A stretch of DNA of 64,000 nt, from contig JBEKOJ010000001.1 in the NCBI GenBank assembly GCA_049521895.1, forward strand, positions 354,717-418,716, given 5' to 3'. Position numbers and translations under genes: made by a program. Positions 47,794-57,135 of the stretch are shown here, in pieces (position 1 is the stretch's first letter; the number at the start of each line of letters is the position of its first letter). The DNA comes from Candidatus Saccharimonadales bacterium (GTDB lineage: Bacteria > Patescibacteriota > Saccharimonadia > Saccharimonadales > UBA10212). Below the pieces are notes generated by a model. The model saw nothing but the letters and a program-made list of their open reading frames with translations. It ran no database searches and was not told where the DNA came from.

Positions 47794-48582
47794 TTAAATT
47801 ATTTTTTGGGCTATAGCCTTATTGTAAATAGAATGCCAGTCCTGTAATTTGAGGTTTTGGGCACGCAAATTACCATCAATACCGGCCTTTTTGAGCAGAT
47901 TGTCTACTTCTTCTTTGCTGATATGCAGACCAGCACTCAAAGAGCTGCGTAGTTTTTTGCGACGGGCTGAAAAGCCGGCCTTAACCAGACGGAAAAATCT
48001 TTTAGTATCCAAAGTATTAAATAGCGGTTTGGCGTGGCGTTTTAGCACTACCACCCGCGAGTCCACTTTTGGCGCTGGGTTAAAAAGCTTCCTTGGTACG
48101 ACTATTCCTAGCTCCACCCGGTAGTAGAGCTGGATGCTGACGGCCAGCAGGCTCATCTGCCCTGGCCTGGCGCAAATCCGTTGCGCCACTTCTTTTTGTA
48201 CCAGCAACACCATCAGCTTTGGCGGGTTTAATGACTCACTCAAACGGCGCAGCAGATTGCTTGTTAAATAATAGGGGATATTGGCTACTACTTTATATCC
48301 AGCCAGTAAATTACCCAGGTCAAAGTGCATGATATTTGCTTGGACCACTTGTAAGTTGCGCGCCGGTACCCGATTTGGCAGCGCGGCAGCTAGTTCTTCG
48401 TCCAGCTCGACAGCGATAACATGGCGAGCTTGTTTTACTAGACGGTGCGTTAGACTACCTAAGCCCGGGCCGATTTCTAAAACCGTGTCGCTGGGTTGTA
48501 ATTCGGCGAATTCAGTAATTGCTTCTAGTGCCTCAACATCCGTTAGCCAATGCTGTCCCAAAGATTTTTTAGCGGTAGCCAT
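47794..48582 (-). CDS. rsmA: 16S rRNA (adenine1518/1519-N6)-dimethyltransferase
   Basis: KSLGQHWL N-terminus; SAM motif LEIGPGLGSLT; NIPYYLTS. Confidence 0.9.
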   Translation of the reverse strand: MATAKKSLGQHWLTDVEALEAITEFAELQPSDTVLEIGPGLGSLTHRLVKQARHVIAVELDEELAAALPNRVPARNLQVVQANIMHFDLGNLLAGYKVVANIPYYLTSNLLRRLSESLNPPKLMVLLVQKEVAQRICARPGQMSLLAVSIQLYYRVELGIVVPRKLFNPAPKVDSRVVVLKRHAKPLFNTLDTKRFFRLVKAGFSARRKKLRSSLSAGLHISKEEVDNLLKKAGIDGNLRAQNLKLQDWHSIYNKAIAQKII

Positions 48583-48664
48583 ACCATCATTCTAACTCAA
48601 AGGAAAAATAGTAGCCAAGATCCACCCCTGGTGAAAGCAGGCCGGTGCGCGGTGCGAGGCTTGG

Positions 48665-49948
48665 CTACCAGTTACTATAGGCAGCCCAGTGCTCATAGGC
48701 AGCTGCCCAGCTACCGTACCGGGTCAGGGCGTAATCATTGCACCACTCAAGTTGGGTTACGGGATTAGTCTCCCAGTCAGCGCCATTGGAAGCCATTTTA
48801 TAACCCGGTGTTGCTTGCCCCAATCCATACCCTAAATAGCTAGGGATATCACTAGGGGCATTAGGCGGGCAGTAGCCAGCCTGGCCTTGCAGCTTAGTGG
48901 CACACCAGCCGGATTCACGGCTAAGGATATAGTTGACGTACTGAAAATCCGAGCTCGGGATACCGGCAGCGGCCATGAGTTTGATTTTTGCGCTATCGAT
49001 GTCAATCACCGTGCCTACGGCCACAATTTGTGGTACTGGATCTTGGACGACAATCTCCTGGATAAGCTCGCGGCTGACTTCGACGTTTTTATCGGTAGTA
49101 ATTATGTAGGTGTCAATTTTTTTGCCAGCTATGCCGTTTTGGCGCACAGCCGTGGTGCCAAAACTCAAGGAGGAATCAGCTATATCCTCCACCGGAGCCG
49201 GTATGGTGCCCTCCACGGTAGCCACTTGGGCACCGGGATTAAGTACAAAGATCAACATGCCCGGAGTAATTTTAGTATCTGACGCCGGCGAGACACTAAC
49301 TCCATTTTCCAGTTTGATGTGTTTTTCTTGCAACATGCCGCCGATGGTTTTAGCTTGGGTATAAGTCGGTACTTGGGAACCGTAAAGGTTAAGCGTGATG
49401 GGTGTAGCCGGCGACACGATTACCTGTTCGCCAATAATGTTTTGTGCCAGATTGCCCTGGGCGAAGGTCGCGATATCTTCAGGGTTGATATGCAGACCGG
49501 CCTGCTCAGCTACTTGGCGGGCACTTTTTTGGGCCGTTAGCGTAACAATTTTAGTGCTACCCTCCACCACCGTTACCGGCCGCGCGCGGTAAATGTTGAT
49601 GCGGAAATTATCCTCCACGATTGGCGTATCGGTGGCCGGTTCAATTATGTCCTGCGCAATTAGATGCAGGGGTAACCTGTTGACCAGTTCGCCAACGGTA
49701 GCGGCCTTAGTATCCAGTGTTTCCTGCTTGCCACTATCAAACAAAAAAACCACGTGGGCGTTGCTAGGCTGGCTAGGCCGGCCACCGTGGGCCCAGATTA
49801 CGCCCGCCACCATTGCCATGCCTATAAGTAGCCCGAATATTGGTATTAAATACGGGCGCCTGCGTAGTTGCGATTTGCTTTGGTCCTGGACGTTCTGGTA
49901 CTGCCCAATGAGCCTGTTTTGGCTTTTCATCTGGTTCAAACTTCTCAT
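48665..49948 (-). CDS. DUF348/G5-domain cell-wall hydrolase (YabE/RpfB-like architecture)
   Basis: TM anchor, repeated DUF348-like modules, G5-like module, Trp/Tyr-rich C-terminal lysozyme-like domain. Confidence 0.6.
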   Translation of the reverse strand: MRSLNQMKSQNRLIGQYQNVQDQSKSQLRRRPYLIPIFGLLIGMAMVAGVIWAHGGRPSQPSNAHVVFLFDSGKQETLDTKAATVGELVNRLPLHLIAQDIIEPATDTPIVEDNFRINIYRARPVTVVEGSTKIVTLTAQKSARQVAEQAGLHINPEDIATFAQGNLAQNIIGEQVIVSPATPITLNLYGSQVPTYTQAKTIGGMLQEKHIKLENGVSVSPASDTKITPGMLIFVLNPGAQVATVEGTIPAPVEDIADSSLSFGTTAVRQNGIAGKKIDTYIITTDKNVEVSRELIQEIVVQDPVPQIVAVGTVIDIDSAKIKLMAAAGIPSSDFQYVNYILSRESGWCATKLQGQAGYCPPNAPSDIPSYLGYGLGQATPGYKMASNGADWETNPVTQLEWCNDYALTRYGSWAAAYEHWAAYSNW

Positions 49949-52093
49949 TTATTCTAGCTTAACCAGCGGTGCGAAGGCGATATCCAACTTTTTTGTGCCC
50001 TTCCCCTTGAAATAAATTGTGGCAATATCGCCGTCTACATCTAAAACGGTACCAACGCCAAAAACTTGGTGCTTGATACCGTCACCTTCGTTCAATTCTG
50101 GTACGTATCTGGGCTCATCCACACCCAAGGCGCTATTTACGGAGATATCTGAGGACGTCGCAGTTGTTAGACCCTCCACATCGGCCAAAAACCGGCTGGG
50201 AGGATTAGATAAGCGGCCGCCATACAGTGTGCGACTGGTAGCATAAGTAAGATAAAGCTCTTCGCGCGCCCGGGTCATGCCGACGTACATTAGCCGGCGT
50301 TCCTCTTCCATCTCGGCCCCGTCATAAAGCGCCCGGCTGTGCGGCAAGACCGATTCCTCCAGGCCGGTGATAAATACCACCGGGAATTCCAGTCCTTTGG
50401 CCGAATGCAGTGTCATAAGAGTCACAAAATCACTACCAAAGTCAGTGTTATCGAGATCGGAAACCAGTGTAACTTCCTCTAGAAAACCTGCCAGGCCTAA
50501 ATCGCCATATTCGCTGGCAACGCTCAGTAGCTCACGCACGTTCTCAATGCGGGCTTCACCCTGCGGCGTGCCGTCCTGTAAAAAATGGAGGTAGTCCAGA
50601 CGTCTCAGCAGTCCGTCAATCAAAGCTGGAGGTGCCAGCTCATCTATCTGGGCCCTGAAGCTGGTAATAATATCAGCTAAATCTGTAAATCCCTGTTTCG
50701 CTTTAGATATCAAGCTATCGCACTCGGCAACTTTCGTAAGTCCCTCTAGCAGACTGTAGCCGTTCACCGCCCGGAAGGCATGGAAAACATCCAAGGATTT
50801 AGTTCCCAGCCCGCGCGACGGCACATTGACTATACGCTCGAAACTAACTGTGTCCTCTGGCTGATAGATCAACCTCAGATAGGCCATGATGTCCTTGATT
50901 TCTTTGCGGTCGTAAAAGCGCACTCCGCCGATGATGCGATACGGCAGTCCGTGATGTACGAACACCTCCTCGAGAGCCCGGCTCTGGGCGTTAGTACGAT
51001 AAAGTATTGCAAAGTCTTTAAAATTACGGGCTTTGATATCTACCGACATCTTGATATGCCTAACGATGCTTTCGGCTTCGGCGCGCTCGGAACTAACAGT
51101 TACTATCTGTACCGGTGAACCGGCTCCGGATGCGGTCCAGAGTTTTTTGTCGCTACGCTGCTGGTTGTGGGTTATCACGCTATGCGCGGCGTCTAAGATA
51201 TTTTTGCTGCTGCGGTAGTTTTGCTCCAGTTTAATAACCGTGCAGTTAGGATAATCTTTTTCAAAATTTAAGATGTTGCGGAAATCGGCCCCCCGCCAGC
51301 TGTAGATACTTTGCCAGTCATCGCCCACCACGGCGATGTTTTTATGCGGGCCGGTCAGCAATTTTACCAACTGGTACTGGGCGGCATTGGTGTCTTGGTA
51401 CTCGTCAACCATGACGTAGGCAAACTGTTTCTGCCAATGCTCGCGCAGCTTTTTTTGCGATTTTAGCATTGATACCGTGCGGGCAATCAAATCGTCAAAA
51501 TCCAGCGCCGAGGCTTCGTGCAAGGATTTTTCATAGGCCGGAAAAACTTTGGCAGCGGCAAGCTGCGCCGGACCGCTGGCAACTGAGGCAAATTCGGCTG
51601 ATCCCACCATCTCGTTTTTGGCAGCACTTATTAAACTGGCTAGTAGGCGCGCCGGGAAGCTTTTCTCGTCAATGTGCAAGTTCTTGGCCGCTTGTTTGAC
51701 GGCCGCCAATCGGTCCAGTTCATCCCAAATTACGAAGTTGCGCGGTATGCCCACGGCCTCGCCGTGCAGGCGCAGGATACGCACACAAATACTGTGGAAA
51801 GTCCCCATAAACGGCATGAAGCCGCGGTTGTCCGGATTATGCCCGGTGAGCTTAGCGATGCGCTGGCGCATCTCGCCGGCAGCTTTGTTGGTAAAGGTCA
51901 CAGCCAAGATATTAAACGGCGTAGCTTTGCCGCTGGCTAACAGGTAGGCAATCCGGTGGGTTAGGGTTTTGGTTTTACCACTGCCAGCACCGGCCAAAAT
52001 TAGCAATGGTCCCTCGGTAGTTTTAACCGCCCTTTGTTGCTCAGGATTTAGCCCTTTGAACAACTCCGCCTGACTGACGTTCTTAATTGGCAT
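49949..52093 (-). CDS. pcrA: ATP-dependent DNA helicase PcrA/UvrD
   Basis: Walker A AGAGSGKT, motif II VDEYQDTN, SF1 motifs throughout. Confidence 0.9.
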   Translation of the reverse strand: MPIKNVSQAELFKGLNPEQQRAVKTTEGPLLILAGAGSGKTKTLTHRIAYLLASGKATPFNILAVTFTNKAAGEMRQRIAKLTGHNPDNRGFMPFMGTFHSICVRILRLHGEAVGIPRNFVIWDELDRLAAVKQAAKNLHIDEKSFPARLLASLISAAKNEMVGSAEFASVASGPAQLAAAKVFPAYEKSLHEASALDFDDLIARTVSMLKSQKKLREHWQKQFAYVMVDEYQDTNAAQYQLVKLLTGPHKNIAVVGDDWQSIYSWRGADFRNILNFEKDYPNCTVIKLEQNYRSSKNILDAAHSVITHNQQRSDKKLWTASGAGSPVQIVTVSSERAEAESIVRHIKMSVDIKARNFKDFAILYRTNAQSRALEEVFVHHGLPYRIIGGVRFYDRKEIKDIMAYLRLIYQPEDTVSFERIVNVPSRGLGTKSLDVFHAFRAVNGYSLLEGLTKVAECDSLISKAKQGFTDLADIITSFRAQIDELAPPALIDGLLRRLDYLHFLQDGTPQGEARIENVRELLSVASEYGDLGLAGFLEEVTLVSDLDNTDFGSDFVTLMTLHSAKGLEFPVVFITGLEESVLPHSRALYDGAEMEEERRLMYVGMTRAREELYLTYATSRTLYGGRLSNPPSRFLADVEGLTTATSSDISVNSALGVDEPRYVPELNEGDGIKHQVFGVGTVLDVDGDIATIYFKGKGTKKLDIAFAPLVKLE

Positions 52094-52132
52094 GATCTAA
52101 TTCTAACAGATGTGGGTTAGCTGGTGGCGTAG

Positions 52133-53425
52133 CTATTGCTGGCTGCTGGTAGAACTTGTGCTAGCAGCAACCGTAATAGTCCCGAGCAGTGTCTTGATAA
52201 GGTTACCGTTGCTCATAGCCGTATCCTTGACGCGTACGACCGGCAAGCTGGTATTAGTAAGGTTTTTAGTATACAGATCTCCTAGTGCCGTACCGTCTGG
52301 AGCTTGGGTATTAAGTTCGACGATAGTACTGCTGTTCACAGTAGAAGCATCGGCAAGCGGCCCTTGGTCGCAAGTGATAGTTGAAGGCGTATCCACGCCA
52401 TCGTTAGTAGTAAAGTGCATCACCGACTTATAGAACTTATTGTCATTGGTGCCGGTGCACCATTTAAGATAATCGTAATACAATGCTGCCCGGGCAGCAG
52501 GCAGATATTTAGACGATGTGAAGGCTAGTTGTACACCCTTATTAGTGACAAAGCTGACTAGATAAGCGTATGCCCCATCGGACTGGTTGGCGCCGCCACG
52601 CTTACTAAACCCGGGGTCAGTGGTTATAGACGGTGTACCCCAAGTAGTAGGGTAATCAAAACTGACACCAGTGCTGCTCAGCGAATAGGCCGTAAAGCCG
52701 TCTGGTAAGCTTGACGGTGTGCCGGTACTCGGCGCAGTGGTTACAGGAACCGACGAGGGAGTTTGAGCTGGAGTGGTTTTACGCAACAGATAAAACGGTA
52801 AGCTGACAGATGTTTTGGCATCAAGCAGCGCGTATACACCAGCCAATACTATCAAGATTATTAAGATCCAGAGCCATTTTTTTCTCCTGCCTTTGGAGGT
52901 TTGGCTGCCGTGGTGCGACGATAGTGGCAAATCGCTGAAAGGAGCACCGCTGTCGGGCTGCGGTTCATCGGCCATTGGTGTGCCTGGCGCTGCCAGATCC
53001 GCCTCTTCATGTACGGGCTGCGGTTCAGCAGAATCTGGTTGTACAGTTTCATTCTGCGAATAAATAGCCGCTGGCTCCCCGTGTACGGGCATCTCTGCAG
53101 GTTGAGATTCCTCGGCAGATTCAGCCGGCAGAGAAGGCGATCCTTTAGAGTCTTCGAGCAGAGGTGTTTTCAGCTGGGCTACGTCATCGCTATGCTGCAA
53201 CAGAGGCATGGCTGACGGCTCATTATTATCTTCGACAGAAATTAGTACATGTGTTGGTTCGGGTGATTGTTTTAAATGCGCTGGTTCGTCGAGCCGGTCC
53301 TTAGTAACCATCGGGTCATTCATTATTGGGTGGTGGCCAACAATTATTGGTTTACTGGTAGCACTGGGGCTAGTCTTATGCGGTTTACTTACGTCAAACA
53401 CCCGGTCTTCGTCACCATAGGCCAT
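52133..53425 (-). CDS. bitopic membrane protein with acidic/Pro-rich cytoplasmic N-region, function unknown
   Basis: 430 aa, one TM (WLWILIILIVLAGVYALL), extracellular C-domain. Confidence 0.55.
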   Translation of the reverse strand: MAYGDEDRVFDVSKPHKTSPSATSKPIIVGHHPIMNDPMVTKDRLDEPAHLKQSPEPTHVLISVEDNNEPSAMPLLQHSDDVAQLKTPLLEDSKGSPSLPAESAEESQPAEMPVHGEPAAIYSQNETVQPDSAEPQPVHEEADLAAPGTPMADEPQPDSGAPFSDLPLSSHHGSQTSKGRRKKWLWILIILIVLAGVYALLDAKTSVSLPFYLLRKTTPAQTPSSVPVTTAPSTGTPSSLPDGFTAYSLSSTGVSFDYPTTWGTPSITTDPGFSKRGGANQSDGAYAYLVSFVTNKGVQLAFTSSKYLPAARAALYYDYLKWCTGTNDNKFYKSVMHFTTNDGVDTPSTITCDQGPLADASTVNSSTIVELNTQAPDGTALGDLYTKNLTNTSLPVVRVKDTAMSNGNLIKTLLGTITVAASTSSTSSQQ

Positions 53426-54205
53426 TTATTGTTCCTCCTTATTTCTTTGCCAGCGTCTGGCTTCATTTACAATTGACGCGAACTGATAATAATTCAAGCT
53501 CTCATGCCCTACTAAAAACCCATCAACGCCGTTTACGTCCAAGTAGCCATGGATTGATTCGGGCATTACCCCGCCGCCATATAATACTCGTAGATTTTTG
53601 GTCGCTTTCGGTCCGAACACGTCTCGCACATAGGCCCGTATATAGTCCACGGAGTTTTGGATTAGGTCCGGCTTGGCGATATTTTCTTCGCCGATCGCCC
53701 AAACCGGTTCGTAAGAGATAACCATAGTGCCGACTTCACCGGCCGTAAGATTGGAAAGCCCAGTCATCAACTGGTCGTGCAACACCTGCTTGGTTTCACC
53801 TTCCTCACGCTCGTGTTTGGTCTCGCCAACGCACAAAATCGGCATAATATCATTGCGCACCGCAGCGGCTACTTTGTCGCGGATCATATCAAGGTCCTCG
53901 TGAAAAATGTGTCGACGCTCGCTATGGCCAATAATTACATAGTGAACCAGCTCCCGCAGCATCGTGAAGCTTATCTCGCCCGTAAAGGCCCCTTCGTCAT
54001 GGAAGTAAGCGTTTTGCGCGGCTAGGCGAAATTTGCGGCGGTCAATTTGAATACTCAGTGGTTGCAACGTCAGCATGCTGGGCGCTAGAACTACTTCGAT
54101 GTCACGATGAATCATGATGCGTTCCTGTAAACGATGCAAGAGCAAACTAGCCTGAGAAGCATTTAGATACATCTTCCAGTTGCCGACTATTAGAATTCTT
54201 CGCAT
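53426..54205 (-). CDS. tpiA: triose-phosphate isomerase
   Basis: VGNWKMY, GHSERR, YEPVWAIG motifs. Confidence 0.9.
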   Translation of the reverse strand: MRRILIVGNWKMYLNASQASLLLHRLQERIMIHRDIEVVLAPSMLTLQPLSIQIDRRKFRLAAQNAYFHDEGAFTGEISFTMLRELVHYVIIGHSERRHIFHEDLDMIRDKVAAAVRNDIMPILCVGETKHEREEGETKQVLHDQLMTGLSNLTAGEVGTMVISYEPVWAIGEENIAKPDLIQNSVDYIRAYVRDVFGPKATKNLRVLYGGGVMPESIHGYLDVNGVDGFLVGHESLNYYQFASIVNEARRWQRNKEEQ

Positions 54206-54348
54206 ACTCTAGTCTCCTTTTGTCTGAGGAAAAGAGCAGCCCGAGCGTCGGATTCACTCCGCGCCCGGCGCGATGAGGAAAACCATAGGTTGTCTTCATA
54301 AGGCGAAGCCGCCATATTCCAGTTGCCGACTATTAGAATTCTTCGCAT
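54174..54348. repeat. 32-nt perfect direct repeat (54174-54205 and 54317-54348) duplicating the tpiA start, flanking a 111-nt insert
   Basis: TTCCAGTTGCCGACTATTAGAATTCTTCGCAT occurs twice; the insert has a GC-rich core flanked by TGAGGAAAA direct repeats. Confidence 0.8.
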
Positions 54349-54389
54349 GCTTCCACCCTCATAAACCTTACGCTTATTGTAGCATTCTT

Positions 54390-55697
54390 TTACTTATCCG
54401 GCAGCGCTTCAACGCCTGGCAGTTTATATCCGCTCATTAGATCCAAGCTGGCTCCGCCGCCGGTAGACACAAAGTTGAAGTCATCCAATAAGCCTTCGGA
54501 TTCCACGTAGGCCGCCGTGTCGCCGCCGCCAACTAAACTAAACGGTTTATTTTTGTCTTTATTGCCGCTGGCAATCATAGCTTCCACTATTATTCTGGTG
54601 CCATGGGCATAGGGGCTATGGGCTCCGGCTATGCCCTTTACTTCTGTCACTCCGCAAGGGCCGTTCCAGATCACAGTTTTGGCAAACTTCATCGCTCCGG
54701 CAATTTGCATGGCGCTTAATGGGCCGATATCCAAAATCATCTCTTCCGCACCCACGGTGTAGGCCTCGGGCGACGGCATTTTAGGGTAGGCTTCTATGTC
54801 AGCCAGACTATGGCTAGATAAGTCAACCACCCTGGTGGGCGCTGTGCCGTCCATGCTGGATGATACAACGGCGTCCAGCGGAACTAAGAAACTAAATGGC
54901 CGTTTCAGCGAGGTTGCGTGAGCATGCTCTAAGACTTCTTTAGCCGTATCTGCCGTCCCTGACTCTACCAAACTTCTACCCACCTTGATGCCCTGCGCCA
55001 GCAGAAAGTCGTTGGCCATAGCTCCGCCTATTGCCACGCAGTCGGCCAGATCAATCAAGCGATTCAAAAAGTCAATCTTATCGCTTATTTTAGCGCCGCC
55101 TATTACGGCCATTAGTGGGTGCTCGGGCTTTTCCATTACCTTAGTAATGGTTTCAACCTCATCGGCTAGCAACAGCCCGGCGGCGGATGGCAGCAATTTA
55201 GTAATAGCGTTAGTTGAGGCATGCGCCCGGTGGACTACGCCAAATCCATCTTGCACGAAAACCTGCGCCTCGGCGGCAGTCACTACCTGCTTAGCAAACG
55301 TCTTGTCGTCGTTTTCTTCCCCAGCATGGAAGCGTAGGTTTTCAAACATCAGGACTTCACCGGCTTTTAGTTCGCTGGCCAGTTTTTTAGCCGCATCCCC
55401 GACGCAGTCTGGTGCAAATTTTACTTCTTGGCCCAATAGCTCGCTGAGGTGTTTGGCAACCGGCTTAAGGCTCAAATTTTTGTCGCTGGAGCCTTTTGGC
55501 CTGCCGAGATGTGAGATTATCACCAAGCTCGAACCCAGTTGCTTTAAGATATACTTCACGGTTGGCAGCGATCTCTTCATACGGTAGTCATCAGAGATAA
55601 CCCCGTTTTCTACAGGCACGTTATAGTCGGCCCGCAGCAATACGCGCTTGCCTTTCAAATTTATATCTTTGACGGTTTTTTTATTAAACAAAGCCAC
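54390..55697 (-). CDS. pgk: phosphoglycerate kinase
   Basis: RADYNVP N-terminal motif plus a C-terminal GGGDT and STGGGA pattern. Confidence 0.9.
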   Translation of the reverse strand: MALFNKKTVKDINLKGKRVLLRADYNVPVENGVISDDYRMKRSLPTVKYILKQLGSSLVIISHLGRPKGSSDKNLSLKPVAKHLSELLGQEVKFAPDCVGDAAKKLASELKAGEVLMFENLRFHAGEENDDKTFAKQVVTAAEAQVFVQDGFGVVHRAHASTNAITKLLPSAAGLLLADEVETITKVMEKPEHPLMAVIGGAKISDKIDFLNRLIDLADCVAIGGAMANDFLLAQGIKVGRSLVESGTADTAKEVLEHAHATSLKRPFSFLVPLDAVVSSSMDGTAPTRVVDLSSHSLADIEAYPKMPSPEAYTVGAEEMILDIGPLSAMQIAGAMKFAKTVIWNGPCGVTEVKGIAGAHSPYAHGTRIIVEAMIASGNKDKNKPFSLVGGGDTAAYVESEGLLDDFNFVSTGGGASLDLMSGYKLPGVEALPDK

Positions 55698-55762
55698 CCT
55701 TTTTCATAAAGCTTACGCTGTTATAAGTATGTCAAGATTAATGACTAAATACCAGGAGATCA

Positions 55763-55837
<75 letters not shown>

Positions 55838-56086
55838 TCGACCACTTTACATTTTACATTTTACAGTTCACATTGCATACAGAATTCAAGGGTTATTCTG
55901 GATACCAAAAATCCCTTGCTGCTATCTCCACCATAGCCCACAAGGGATTTACTGGTTATTTCAATTTTTATTTTGGATCGGAGCGGTCAGTCAGTGCTCT
56001 GGTTCCTAAAATTAACCCTAGCACATTTAGACGTTTTTCTCAACCTGTTATCCACAGGTTTAGCTTTATTTAAAACGCTGCGCGCT

Positions 56087-56257
56087 CGAAACTAGCAGAC
56101 TCGAGCGTAGTACAAGGCGCAAGCGCGGAGCGCAAAGGAAACGTATTGAAATACGTTGACTGCGCCCCACAGCTTGCAACGATGTAATGCGCCGAGAGCA
56201 TTACCCGGTGTGCCTGGCTAAGCCGGGCAGCAGGGGGAATGCGGTCTGTTAGTTTCG
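56087..56257 (+). ncRNA. candidate structured RNA, family copy C3
   Basis: P1 CGAAACUAGCAGAC/GUCUGUUAGUUUCG; P2 GGCGCA/UGCGCC; P3 ACGUAUU-gaa-AAUACGU; GUAAUGC-gccgaga-GCAUUAC; UGCCUGGC-uaa-GCCGGGCA. Confidence 0.55.
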
Positions 56258-56935
56258 GCGGCGGCGGTTAACGACGTAGTGCCCAACTGCACCGAGTCCG
56301 GAAGCACCGACGAACAATTCAGCTACATCGCCAGGACCAGTGTTAGGCAAGGCTGTAGATTTGGTAACAGCAGCCGGAGTAACAATTGGTTTTGCTGGTG
56401 TGACCGGTGCAGGACAGCTAACTTTGGCTTTAAAGTTCACAAACTCTACCGTAGAACCGGCCAGGTTGCCTACATTCACACCACTAGTTGTAATAGTGTC
56501 AGGTAAAGTCCTGATGACAGCACCACTACCATTGTAAAGTGTAGTTGTACCGTTTTCGTAGACTAAGTTCCCGTTAGACACACCATTTACCGTAACGCTA
56601 CCGGAAGCACCAGCGCTAGCACCTTCCGCGGGTGTAGCTGTGGCGGTAGAGGTGCTTGCAGCACCGCTAGGCAGTGTAGCGTTAACTACAAGGCTCGTAA
56701 GACCACCGAAGGCGCCGTTGTGAAGGTCAATACTGTATTGGACTTCTTCGTTGCAGGCAGCGCTGGCAGAAGCGCCGTAGCTACCACTTTGTGTAATGTT
56801 TTTTACGACGTAGAAATTAGAACCGCTGAGCAGCTGACCAGGACTATCTGCAAAAACTGGAGATAGACCAAAGACAGCCATAGCAAGGACAGTGAAGCCG
56901 GTCGTAAGAGCGGCTAGTTTAGATTGAATTTTCAT
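56249..56935 (-). CDS. LPXTG-anchored surface protein
   Basis: Signal peptide, then C-terminal LPNTG, hydrophobic segment and RRRRN sorting signal. Confidence 0.8.
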   Translation of the reverse strand: MKIQSKLAALTTGFTVLAMAVFGLSPVFADSPGQLLSGSNFYVVKNITQSGSYGASASAACNEEVQYSIDLHNGAFGGLTSLVVNATLPSGAASTSTATATPAEGASAGASGSVTVNGVSNGNLVYENGTTTLYNGSGAVIRTLPDTITTSGVNVGNLAGSTVEFVNFKAKVSCPAPVTPAKPIVTPAAVTKSTALPNTGPGDVAELFVGASGLGAVGHYVVNRRRRN

Positions 56936-57135
56936 ATATCAATCCCCTTTCTTATAGGTTAATTACTTGTGCGCAAACTAGATAGTTATTGGGTTTTAGA
57001 TTTATGGTCTAACGACCGACGAAAATCTTTCACTACGAGCCTTAGCCTAAGCCAAGAGTTGTTACTAAATTTCCGCCGGTCGGAGGGGCGGCTCGCGCGT
57101 ACGCGAGCCGTCCCAAGAACGAACCGACTACTACT

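Noticed and set aside
55873-56073. 66-aa plus-strand ORF upstream of C3
   Set aside because: It has a non-ATG start and no SD, and the region is better explained by hairpins such as AAATCCCTTG-n22-CAAGGGATTT.
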